Assembly: GCA_044350705.1 (NCBI GenBank)
Contig: JBILHA010000002.1
Location: 306,295-370,294, forward strand
Source of the DNA: Candidatus Kapaibacterium sp.
GTDB taxonomy: Bacteria > Patescibacteriota > Patescibacteriia > UBA9934
Direction of reading: 5' to 3'
Length of the DNA: 64,000 bases
Each line of letters begins with the position of its first letter. The stretch's first letter is position 1. Below are positions 49,363-57,832 of this stretch, in pieces. The position numbers and the translations under genes were made by a program. The notes below the pieces were generated by a model that was given only the letters and a program-made list of their open reading frames with translations, did no database searches and was not told the DNA's origin.

Positions 49363-51600
49363 CTAGGATGATTTCCGGAGAGGAGGAGCTTTTATTCCTT
49401 CGGGCTTTTTCGGAGCTTGTGGACGAGCGGGAGCTTTTTGTGCCTTTGCTTTCATCTCTTCAGTATATACATTACCTTCTGCTTGTTTCATGGACAAGTT
49501 GAGCCGTCCTTTTTCATCTATTTCTAGAACTTTTACGTGTACCGTAGCGCCTTCTTGTACGATGTCGGTTACTTTTTCTACGCGCCAGGGAGCGAGTTCT
49601 GAAACATGCACGAGCCCATCTTTTCCCGGGAGTACTTCTACGAAAGCTCCAAAATCCATGAGACGTACTACTTTTCCGGTGAAGATTTCTCCTGGAGTTA
49701 CTTCGCGGGTGAGATTGAAGACCCAGTCATACGCGGCTTGGCCAGAGGCGCCATTTACGGCGGTGATCATGACCAGACCATCTTGTTCAATGTCGATTGC
49801 GGTAACGCCTGTCTTTGCAATGATGTCGTTGATGGTTTTTCCTCCCGATCCGATGACGTCTCGAATTTTATCAGGGTTAATGCGCAGCTTCAGAATGCGA
49901 GGAGCGCTTGGCGCGAGTTCGGCGCGTGGTGCAGGGATTGCTGCTTGCATGACATCGAGTACCTTGAGACGTGCGGTTTTTGCGCGGGTAATGGTTTCGC
50001 GTACGACATCGCGGGGAAGGCCGTCGGTTTTGGTATCGAGCTGAATAGCGGTAATACCGTTTGCGGTTCCGGTAATTTTGAAGTCCATTCCCCCTTCTCC
50101 GTCTTCAAGGTCTTGCAGGTCGGTGATGACCTGGTAGCGACCGTCTTTGCTTGCGAGTCCCATGGCAATGCCTGCAACGGGAGCTTTGATCGGTACGCCG
50201 GCATCCATGAGCGCGAGGGTTGCGCCGCAGGTTGACGCCATGGAGCTTGATCCGTTGGATCCGAGGGTTTCAGATACTACCCGAATTGCGTATGGGAAAA
50301 GTTCCTGATCAGGAATCATGTACTGAAGGGCTTTTTCTGCGAGCGCACCGTGGCCGATTTCGCGGCGGCCTGTTGAGCGCACGGGCTTTGCTTCGCCTAC
50401 CGCAAATGGGGGGAAGTTGTAATGATGCATGAAGCGCTTTTCTCCTACGAGTTCCATTCCATCAAGAGTTTGCTTGTCTCCGGGGGCACCGAGGGTACAT
50501 ACAGAGAGTACTTGAGTTTCTCCGCGTTCAAAGAGGCCTGAGCCATGTACGCAAGGAAGAACGCCTGCTTCTGCGGTGAGCATGCGAATATCTTCTACCC
50601 CACGGCCGTCTACGCGGCGTTTATTCTCGAGAATGTGCTTGGTGATTTCTCCTTCGAGAATAGCGGTCACCATACTTACGCCCATTTTTACTCCTTCTTC
50701 ATCGAGGCCTTGCTCCGTGAGGAATTGGGCGGTGTTTTTCTTGATGAGATCCTTTGCTGCAGCGCGTTCTGATTTCGTTGCGTACGGTGCGCCAAAGAAG
50801 TGCTTTTCGATTTCTTCGCAAATGAAAGGTTTTGCGATTTTTTCTACTCCCATTTTCTTTTCGAAGCGCGCACGATCTTCGTCGGTTTTCATGGCAAAAA
50901 TATCCGCCTTTTCTTTTCCGAGATCAGCACGTACTTTTTCGATAAGCTCAATGACTGGTCCAAGATGTTCTTGTCCAAAGAAAATTGCTTCAAGAACATC
51001 CTGTTCTGGAGCTTCGTCACATCCTGCTTCGAGCATGAGCACTTTTTCTGGGGTTCCTGCAACGTCAACATCAAAACGAGAAGCAAGACGTTCTTCGTAG
51101 CTTCCATTGAGAAGGAATGATCCATCAGGATTTTTGTTTACGCGTGCCACGGCAATCGGTCCATTCCAAGGAATGTCGGAAATATGGAGTGCACATGATG
51201 CTGCGATCAGTCCTGGAACGTCTGCATCATTTTTCCCGTCGAATGCAAGTGCGGTAACCATGACTTGTACATCGTTTTCCATGCGGTCATCGAAGAGCGG
51301 CCGGATTGCACGATCGATGAAGCGCGCAGTCAGCACTGCCTCGTCGGTTGGGCGACCCTCGCGTTTAATGAATCGAGAGCCTTTGATGCGTCCTGCGGCA
51401 TAGAGTTTTTCTTCAAATTCCACCATGAGCGGGAAGAATCCCAAGCCCGGACGAGCATCTTTGGACATTACTGCGGTTGCGAGCACCACGGTGTCTCCGT
51501 AGCGAACGGTACAGCTTCCATTTGCTGCGCGAGCAAACTTCCCTATTTCGATGGTGAGCGGTTTTCCGCCCCAGGTAATGCTATATGTTTTTGTTTCCAT
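49363..51600 (-). CDS. pnp: polyribonucleotide nucleotidyltransferase (PNPase)
   Basis: Two RNase PH domains, KH (GSGGKTINDI) and S1 domains, basic C-terminal tail. Confidence 0.95.
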   Translation of the reverse strand: METKTYSITWGGKPLTIEIGKFARAANGSCTVRYGDTVVLATAVMSKDARPGLGFFPLMVEFEEKLYAAGRIKGSRFIKREGRPTDEAVLTARFIDRAIRPLFDDRMENDVQVMVTALAFDGKNDADVPGLIAASCALHISDIPWNGPIAVARVNKNPDGSFLLNGSYEERLASRFDVDVAGTPEKVLMLEAGCDEAPEQDVLEAIFFGQEHLGPVIELIEKVRADLGKEKADIFAMKTDEDRARFEKKMGVEKIAKPFICEEIEKHFFGAPYATKSERAAAKDLIKKNTAQFLTEQGLDEEGVKMGVSMVTAILEGEITKHILENKRRVDGRGVEDIRMLTAEAGVLPCVHGSGLFERGETQVLSVCTLGAPGDKQTLDGMELVGEKRFMHHYNFPPFAVGEAKPVRSTGRREIGHGALAEKALQYMIPDQELFPYAIRVVSETLGSNGSSSMASTCGATLALMDAGVPIKAPVAGIAMGLASKDGRYQVITDLQDLEDGEGGMDFKITGTANGITAIQLDTKTDGLPRDVVRETITRAKTARLKVLDVMQAAIPAPRAELAPSAPRILKLRINPDKIRDVIGSGGKTINDIIAKTGVTAIDIEQDGLVMITAVNGASGQAAYDWVFNLTREVTPGEIFTGKVVRLMDFGAFVEVLPGKDGLVHVSELAPWRVEKVTDIVQEGATVHVKVLEIDEKGRLNLSMKQAEGNVYTEEMKAKAQKAPARPQAPKKPEGIKAPPLRKSS

Positions 51601-51603
51601 AAA

Positions 51604-52440
51604 TTAGGATTGTTTTGTTGATTCAGATGTGTTTTTCTTTGGACGACCTCGGCGCTTTTTTGCGGGAGTTTCGGAAGATTTTTTTTGCGAATTTTGAGAT
51701 TTTATTACCGATTCTGCGTGAGTTATTTTTTGCGGCGGTTTTACTTCAGGTGGACGCATTGCCGCTCCTGCCGCAGGGGCTTGGGGAGGTTTTGGCGCAG
51801 TGTTTTTTTGTTGAAGAAATACCATCGCAGGTTTTTCTGGGAAGGTGAGTACCCGATTTTCTCCCTGCTCCGCAATGACGTCGCTGAAGGTGTCGGTTAC
51901 TGATGCTACCCGATGTGTTTGTGGGCGATAGTGTGGATCCCGGATGAGATATTGCCCGAGGTTGTCAGAAAGGTTCGTATAGACATCTGCACAATCGACT
52001 AACTTACTTGAGGTTGATTCGCGGAAAGAGACCACGTGGAATACTCGACCTCTATTTTTAATGTACTCACCCAACGGAATATAGTCACCATCTCCCGAAA
52101 CAAGGACAACAACGTCGACCATATCAAGCATGCGAATGATATCGACGGTAATACCTACGTCCCAATCACCCTTTTTTTGTCCCCCCTCGTATTCGAGGAG
52201 TTCTTTCATGTTTACTTCGATGCCCATTTTATGGAGTGCTTCGAAAAATGGAAGCTCGTCACCGGTTTTGGTAGAAATGGTATAGGCAATGGCGCGTACA
52301 AGCTGTTGGTTGCCAATGCTCGTTTTTACGATGTTTCCGAAATTTACTTTACTTCCGTACATGTTGCGTGCGCTGTAGTACATGTTTTGTACATCGATAA
52401 AAACGCCCACGCGTCGGTTTTGATGTGAAAATTGTTGCAT
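51604..52440 (-). CDS. NYN-domain (LabA/YacP-like PIN-fold nuclease) protein with a basic AT-hook-like C-terminal tail
   Basis: VGVFIDVQNMYY...VLVSGDGDYIPL NYN pattern. Tail contains KKRRGRPKKN. Confidence 0.7.
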   Translation of the reverse strand: MQQFSHQNRRVGVFIDVQNMYYSARNMYGSKVNFGNIVKTSIGNQQLVRAIAYTISTKTGDELPFFEALHKMGIEVNMKELLEYEGGQKKGDWDVGITVDIIRMLDMVDVVVLVSGDGDYIPLGEYIKNRGRVFHVVSFRESTSSKLVDCADVYTNLSDNLGQYLIRDPHYRPQTHRVASVTDTFSDVIAEQGENRVLTFPEKPAMVFLQQKNTAPKPPQAPAAGAAMRPPEVKPPQKITHAESVIKSQNSQKKSSETPAKKRRGRPKKNTSESTKQS

Positions 52441-52737
52441 AGTGATGTGAAAAAGGGAGTAAGGGGAGTAGAGGGAGTGAAGGGAGTGGTGAGGTGAAAG
52501 ACTCCGGCGATAGGAGGAGTCTCGAGAATCCTTTTGGGTTTTCGAAAAAACTATTGAAGATGAAAAAGAATTTTTAAAAAAGATTTTGTATCAGTGTACT
52601 GCATTTTACAAAATATCATGGTTTGAAGATCCGTTCTGCCAAAGGCAGGCGGGTGCCCGACCTAGCGTCTTCCTCAGGACCGGCTCCTTGTCAGGCTATT
52701 TGCCTGACTTGTCGGTTAGGATGACGCGAATTTTTTT

Positions 52738-52776
52738 TGTGAAAAACCCCACTCGACATTGCGAGCGGGGTTTTTC
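52738..52776. terminator. rho-independent terminator downstream of rpsO
   Basis: gaaaaaccccactcgacattgcgagcggggtttttcac. Confidence 0.65.
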
Positions 52777-52784
52777 ACTTCTGG

Positions 52785-53051
52785 TTACTTTTTGAGTCCC
52801 AGAGCTTCAATGAGCTCAGCGTATGCCTTTGCGTCTTCGCGCTCCAAATATTTGAGGAGACGGCGGCGCTCAGCGACCTTCTTGAGAAGTCCACGGCGGG
52901 AGCTGAAATCTTTGCGGTGAGTTTTGAGGTGGCCGGTAAGCTCCTTTACCTCTTCCGTAAGAATTGCGATCTGCACCTGAGGAGATCCGGTGTCGGATTC
53001 ATGGGTGCGGAACTTCTTGATGATCTTTGCTTTTTTGTCTTTGTTGAGCAT
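52785..53051 (-). CDS. rpsO: 30S ribosomal protein S15
   Basis: ..[17 protein letters not shown]...HKKD..SRRGLL..V..RR.LL.YL S15 signature. Start taken at MLNKDKK. Confidence 0.9.
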   Translation of the reverse strand: MLNKDKKAKIIKKFRTHESDTGSPQVQIAILTEEVKELTGHLKTHRKDFSSRRGLLKKVAERRRLLKYLEREDAKAYAELIEALGLKK

Positions 53052-53257
53052 AGATTTTTCTACAAATCGCATCATCTGAGTAGTGGGATGCTCAAACCCC
53101 AGACCAAGATGAAGGATATTTAAGGATTAACGGCTAAAGTTTATATTTTTTTGAGGGTTTTGTCAAAGAAATGATTGATTTTTTATTTTTCAGGCAAGGA
53201 ATACCTTCTTTATCCGTTCGTGTAACTATTTTACGACTCGTGATAACATTGAGATAT

Positions 53258-54199
53258 ATGGCAAAGCGATTGGAGGCGCATATCAAGGAATTTCTTGAGT
53301 ATTTGGAAATTGAGCGTGGGCGATCGGATAAAACCGTTCGTAATTATGGATTTTATTTGCATCGTTTTAGTGAATGGGCCAAGTCCCCTGCCCCGGCGGA
53401 AATTGATGCAGAGATGGTGCGACAGTTTCGTTTGCATTTGAATCGTGATGTTGCGGGACGTGATGAGCCTGCGCTTGCAAAGGCAACGCAGAATTATCAC
53501 TTAATCGCGCTTCGTGCATTTTTGAAATATCTCGCAAAGCGTGACGTGAAGACTCTTGCCGCAGAAAAGATTGAACTTGCAAAACAAGGATCTCGTCATG
53601 TGGAGTTTTTAGAAAAAGAAGAGCTTCTGCGCATTCTTGCGGAGCCAGGAAAGGATCCGACGATTCTTGGGTATCGGGATCGCGCAATTCTCGAGTTACT
53701 TTTCTCGACTGGACTTCGCGTATCGGAACTTGCGGGACTCAAAATTGAACAAGTGAACTTGAAGAACGATGAATTTACCGTGCTTGGAAAAGGAAGAAAG
53801 CATCGCATTGTCTTTCTTTCTCCCGAGTCAAAAGATGCGATTAAAGTGTATTTAGGCAAGCGCGAAGATGTTTCTCCGTACATGTTTGTACGTCATGATA
53901 AGGCGCGGCGAGCGAAGGGAGTGGGAGAAGAGTCAAAGCCCCTTACCCCTCGTTCTATTCAGCGTTTGGTTGATCGGTATGCGCGTATGGCGGGCATTAC
54001 GAAGTCGGTCACACCTCATACGCTTCGACATACATTTGCAACTGACCTTTTACGCAACGGAGCTGATATTCGTGCGGTGCAAACGATGCTTGGTCACGAA
54101 TCTATTACTACGACGCAGGTCTACACGCACGTTACGGATAAAGAACTCAAGCGCATTCATCAATCGTTTCACAATGCAGATAAAAAGAAAAAGGACTAG
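53258..54199 (+). CDS. tyrosine recombinase XerC/XerD family
   Basis: N-terminal SAM-like core-binding domain. Catalytic R..HxxR..Y motifs (LRHTFATDLL..., HESITTTQVYTHV). No flanking phage genes. Confidence 0.85.
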   Translation: MAKRLEAHIKEFLEYLEIERGRSDKTVRNYGFYLHRFSEWAKSPAPAEIDAEMVRQFRLHLNRDVAGRDEPALAKATQNYHLIALRAFLKYLAKRDVKTLAAEKIELAKQGSRHVEFLEKEELLRILAEPGKDPTILGYRDRAILELLFSTGLRVSELAGLKIEQVNLKNDEFTVLGKGRKHRIVFLSPESKDAIKVYLGKREDVSPYMFVRHDKARRAKGVGEESKPLTPRSIQRLVDRYARMAGITKSVTPHTLRHTFATDLLRNGADIRAVQTMLGHESITTTQVYTHVTDKELKRIHQSFHNADKKKKD

Positions 54200-54999
54200 A
54201 TGTCCTTTTTCTGTTTGCTTGTTTTCCAGAGATGCTCGAATAACATGGTAAACATTGCGGCGAGCTCTTTGCTTTCGATGAGCATGCCGTGGAAGTCGAT
54301 GTCATCACGATACGTCACTAGTGCAATTTTATTTCCGACGATTTCTAGGTTTGCGAAAAAGTCCCAGCCAGGATTAGGAAGGAGACGGATGTTTTTCTGC
54401 ATGGCGCTTCCCTTCCCCTCCTGTATCCATGAGCGAGTAAGCTCGTCATCAATGAGTAATGACCGTGTATTTACCTTGTTGCGTTTGAGAATGGTGAACA
54501 TTTCGTCTCGAAGAGACTGAGGGAACTGGGTGTATCGTCCTCCCCAGTTGGTGAGCTCGAGCCCTTTGGTTGGTCCACGGGCATCATCGTAGAGCGCGTG
54601 ATAGATTTCAGAGACGCTTTCGAGACCTTCGTACATTTTTACGGTTGCACCACGGGGTTGCGTATGAAAGAGTCCCATGAGCATGGGAAGCGCTTGTGAA
54701 AGTTCGTTTTTTATCTGTTCTCGTTCCTGTTCTTGTTTTTCGAGGAGCTCTTTGAGTTTTTGAGGAGATGCGGCGCTGAAGTGGAGAATGTTTTGCTTTG
54801 TATAGCTGGAAACCAGTCCTTTTTTTCTTAATTCTCCCAAGACAAGATGCGTGGTTGTTCGATTTACTCGTGCGTGTTTTGCGACCTCCCCTACTTTGGC
54901 ATTCCCGAGTTTTAAGAGGCTTTCGTATATTTCTGCAGAATATTTAGGGAAATTTAATGCTGAAATAAGATTGGTAATGACGGAGGATTCTTCAGGCAT
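54196..54999 (-). CDS. TrmB-family winged-helix transcriptional regulator
   Basis: N-terminal HTH (YESLLKLGNAKVGEVAKHARVNRTTTHLVLGELRKKGLV) and a C-terminal effector domain. Confidence 0.65.
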   Translation of the reverse strand: MPEESSVITNLISALNFPKYSAEIYESLLKLGNAKVGEVAKHARVNRTTTHLVLGELRKKGLVSSYTKQNILHFSAASPQKLKELLEKQEQEREQIKNELSQALPMLMGLFHTQPRGATVKMYEGLESVSEIYHALYDDARGPTKGLELTNWGGRYTQFPQSLRDEMFTILKRNKVNTRSLLIDDELTRSWIQEGKGSAMQKNIRLLPNPGWDFFANLEIVGNKIALVTYRDDIDFHGMLIESKELAAMFTMLFEHLWKTSKQKKDI

Positions 55000-55005
55000 A
55001 TCGTG

Positions 55006-55025
55006 TTGTTATAGATATATAACAA
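55006..55025. promoter_or_regulatory. candidate operator: perfect 8-bp inverted repeat TTGTTATA-gata-TATAACAA in the divergent promoter region
   Basis: Lies between the TrmB-like regulator start (54999) and the divergent radical-SAM-like gene (55142). Confidence 0.4.
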
Positions 55026-55141
55026 ATAATTTATCTAAAATTAGCCTAATTACTATAGTATGTAAAGTATTCTGTTATATTATTTTCCTTTTTTCGGAAT
55101 AGTAGGCAGTCCAGAATGAACCCTCATTTTGGAAAGAGGAG

Positions 55142-56668
55142 ATGATCATGAAGTACGCTCTCATTAATCCTGAAGGTGTCTTTACTGATCGTTCTGACGC
55201 TTCGCGGGTCTATCGGATGTGGCCGCATCTTGGGCTTCTTTCGGTTGGAACTGCCGTCGAGCAGACGGGTATTGAGGTGGTGCTCTGGGATGAGCTTGTG
55301 CAGGGACCCGCAGATCTTGAATCTCTTGTGGAACCGGGCGACATTGTGGGACTTTCGCTCGTGGTTTCGGGGATTGAGCGTGGAGCGCTTCTTGCTCGTG
55401 AAGCGAAGAGGCTTGGTGCGAGTGCGGTGATTGCGGGGAATGACTCTGCGATTTTCCGTACGCGGCAGCTTCTTGCGCCTGATTCGCCGTTTGACGCGGT
55501 GAGTACGAGTAACGATCTCACGTGCGTACGGGATTACTGTGAGCGGGTTGCCCACGGCGCTCCGGTGCACGACATTCCGGGCATTGCTACACGAGCATCA
55601 ATTCCGGCGAGTAATCGCACGAACTGGAGCGAGGTGCTTCGTGCGGAGGCTCATGAGCGGAGGCGACATCCTTCGAAGAATTCTGACGTGTTCATCGTTC
55701 CACGATTCGGGCTCTACAGTGACGAGTACTGGCGAGCGGTGCATGAAAATCATCGCTATGTCCTTGGGCATAAATACCAGGAGCCTGAGCAGGTGAGGAA
55801 TGCGCTTGCGCTCTTTGCACAGGGATGCACCAGGACAGGAGCTGTGGAAGCATGTTCGTACTGCACAATCGCGGACGTGGCGGATCTGCTGATGCCGGAA
55901 AAGCGGTATCTCGCGGACCTTCTGCAGGCGCTGTCGGACTTCGGTATTACGCATGTTTTCAACACCACCGATTCGGCGCTTGAGATGAAAAATGTCGCAC
56001 GAGCTCTTCGCGAGCTGGGTGCACGCTTCGCTCATGGACTCACCATCTACGGTCGTGCGTGGGGCATGGCCAACCGGCCGGACTGCATTGCGGTATGGCA
56101 GGAGATCGCCGGAGAGCGACTGGTGATCAACTCAGGATTCGATTCAGGTGACGAAAACCTTTTACAAACGGGGGTGATCAAAGCTTCGCTGCGGGGAGAT
56201 CGGCTCAATGAGAATCGACTCGCGGTGAAGCATCTCAAAGAAAGTGGTGCACATCTTCACGTGAGTTTCATCTTCGGAAGTCCTGGAGAAACACGAGAGA
56301 GCTGTGAGCGAACGCTCGAGTTCTTTCGCTGGATGCGGGGGGAGCTTGGAAGTCAGTTGCAGGTATGCGAAAGCGATATCTACTGGCTTAACCATGGTGC
56401 TCCTGCGTCACGCGTGTTCCATTCCTATGAGTATGCTCGTTCGCTTGCCGCGTTGGCGGGCAAAGACATCTCTCGTGCGGAATGGGAGCAGTGCTTCTTC
56501 CGGCATAAAGATACGTTAACGGTTCCTGATGAAGCAGAAGCGGCGTGGTATCGGTTCTTCACCTGTATCGATCTGGACTATGCGCGTGCATGCGTGCAGC
56601 AGGTTGCGGATGAAATGCGGGAGCATGAAGGAGCGATCGCGAGTCGCCGGTATGCGTTTCAGGGGTAA
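55142..56668 (+). CDS. B12-binding-domain / radical-SAM-like protein with an atypical Cys motif (C-x8-C-x2-C); elevated GC
   Basis: N-terminal cobalamin-binding Rossmann-like domain (KYALINPEG...IVGLSLVVSG...AVIAGND), then GCTRTGAVEACSYCT in place of the canonical CxxxCxxC. GC visibly higher than in neighbouring genes. Confidence 0.55.
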   Translation: MIMKYALINPEGVFTDRSDASRVYRMWPHLGLLSVGTAVEQTGIEVVLWDELVQGPADLESLVEPGDIVGLSLVVSGIERGALLAREAKRLGASAVIAGNDSAIFRTRQLLAPDSPFDAVSTSNDLTCVRDYCERVAHGAPVHDIPGIATRASIPASNRTNWSEVLRAEAHERRRHPSKNSDVFIVPRFGLYSDEYWRAVHENHRYVLGHKYQEPEQVRNALALFAQGCTRTGAVEACSYCTIADVADLLMPEKRYLADLLQALSDFGITHVFNTTDSALEMKNVARALRELGARFAHGLTIYGRAWGMANRPDCIAVWQEIAGERLVINSGFDSGDENLLQTGVIKASLRGDRLNENRLAVKHLKESGAHLHVSFIFGSPGETRESCERTLEFFRWMRGELGSQLQVCESDIYWLNHGAPASRVFHSYEYARSLAALAGKDISRAEWEQCFFRHKDTLTVPDEAEAAWYRFFTCIDLDYARACVQQVADEMREHEGAIASRRYAFQG

Positions 56669-56736
56669 ATCCGTTACAAGAGTGAGCTGTCGATCGGACG
56701 GGCTCACTCTTTGCGCGTCAAAAAGAAAAAGGGCAC

Positions 56737-57216
56737 TTAGCCCTTTTTCATTTTTTCAATATCGTTTAAGAGTTTTTGTAAATTTGCTGCCATTGCATCG
56801 AGGGTTTGCTGATGTTCACGTTCGCGCTCTTCCTCTTCCGCTTCATCTTCTTTGATTTCGTCTACGTCTTCCTCGATCGCATCAATGTCTTCCTGAATTT
56901 CTCCCACGTCCTCTTGAATCTCTCCGACGTCTTCCTGAATTTCATCCACGTCTTTTTGAATCTCGTCGACATCTTGTTCGACTTCTTTAATTACTTGCGA
57001 CTGTTGGTTTACGCTCATTTGAATGAAGATGGCGAGATAAATTGCTTCTAAAGACACCCCTGTCGTGAGCACGAGAAGCACGGTATCCCAGGAAAGAAGT
57101 TCGAGAATTCCTACGAGAAGAATTGCTCCGAAGAGAAAGGTGTGCACGATAAGTGAGGAAAGAGATCCTACCCAGGTCGTAATTTTTTCGATGAAGTTTG
57201 TCTGTTGCTCGTGCAT
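56737..57216 (-). CDS. DUF1003-family membrane protein with a C-terminal acidic EIQEDV tandem-repeat tail
   Basis: Two TM helices (TFLFGAILLVGILELL; VLLVLTTGVSLEAIYLAIFIQ), then (V/I)DEIQEDV repeats. Start taken at MHEQQTN; the upstream part of the track ORF overlaps tRNA-Arg. Confidence 0.55.
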   Translation of the reverse strand: MHEQQTNFIEKITTWVGSLSSLIVHTFLFGAILLVGILELLSWDTVLLVLTTGVSLEAIYLAIFIQMSVNQQSQVIKEVEQDVDEIQKDVDEIQEDVGEIQEDVGEIQEDIDAIEEDVDEIKEDEAEEEEREREHQQTLDAMAANLQKLLNDIEKMKKG

Positions 57217-57264
57217 AGCCCCCCTATTGTACTCCTTCTTTTTCCCCACTACACTGTATGCCAT

Positions 57265-57341
57265 GCCTCGGTAGCTCAGTTGGATAGAGCAGGAGACTTC
57301 TAAGCTCAAGGTCGGGGGTTCGATTCCCTCCCGAGGCACCA
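57265..57341 (+). tRNA. tRNA-Arg(TCT), CCA encoded; anticodon stem has two mismatches
   Basis: Acceptor GCCTCGG/CCGAGGC is perfect. D-arm is GCTC-AGTTGGATA-GAGC. Anticodon loop is CTTCTAA. T-arm is GGGGGTTCGATTCCCTC. Confidence 0.7.
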
Positions 57342-57426
57342 GTGTAAAGGCAAGGACAGGTTACTTTTGAAAACCCTCCATGTTTTGGATGGGTATTTTA
57401 TATTGTAGAATTTGGTCTTTATCAAA

Positions 57427-57463
57427 TAAAAAATCCTCGTCGTATTATTGAGAGGATTTTTTA
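57427..57463. terminator. bidirectional terminator between convergent tRNA-Arg and tRNA-His
   Basis: aaaaaaatcctc-gtcgtattattga-gaggatttttt. Confidence 0.65.
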
Positions 57464-57538
57464 TGGGGCGACTAACGAGGATCGAACTCGTGTAGCCGGG
57501 ACCACAACCCGGTGCTCTACCATTGAGCTATAGCCGCC
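57464..57538 (-). tRNA. tRNA-His(GTG) with genomically encoded G-1 and CCA
   Basis: Acceptor GCGGCTA/TAGTCGC, G-1 opposite discriminator C73, anticodon loop tTGTGgt, T-arm ACGAGTTCGATCCTCGT. Confidence 0.85.
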
Positions 57539-57550
57539 ATGTCGACAAAA

Positions 57551-57670
57551 TATACCCAAGTTTGTTTATTGCGGTGTTATCGGTACTGGGCTCGGCCTCC
57601 CCGTACGTTGTAGTACGTATCGGCCTGCGCCGTACCGTCGCCTAGCACTAAACAAACTTAGTATATTTTG
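57551..57670. repeat. single copy of the structured repeat family seen at 723-1225, abutting the 5' side of tRNA-His
   Basis: cccaagtttgtttattgcggtgt...cggtac..ggcctc..cgtac-gttgtag-tacg..ggcc..gtaccg..ctagcactaaacaaacttagta. Same nested-stem architecture, with compensatory changes relative to unit 1. Confidence 0.6.
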
Positions 57671-57832
57671 TGTTTCTTTTACAGAACGTTAAATTTGCGG
57701 GAGAAGAATAGCATGGATTTTTATAAAAAAGCAAGATAGGGGGAGGGGGTTATGTTTGCTTCTGATCCCCTTTCCTCAATCCCCTCATTCCCTTTTCTCC
57801 CCCTTCTCCCCTTGCTATGATGCCCCTATTCT

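Noticed and set aside
49490-50235. 184-aa and 209-aa plus-strand ORFs
   Set aside because: Antisense to pnp.
52600-52740. Possible 4.5S/SRP RNA in the rpsO-NYN spacer
   Set aside because: There are hairpins, but the conserved domain IV motif (GGUCCGGAAGGAAGCAGC with the symmetric partner strand) is not present on either strand. Kept only as a structured leader.
53171-54199. Prophage or integrative-element boundary at the tyrosine recombinase
   Set aside because: It is a single recombinase with Xer-like N- and C-terminal motifs, no flanking phage, transfer or cargo genes, and no att-like repeats at the neighbouring tRNAs. Most likely the chromosomal XerC/D.
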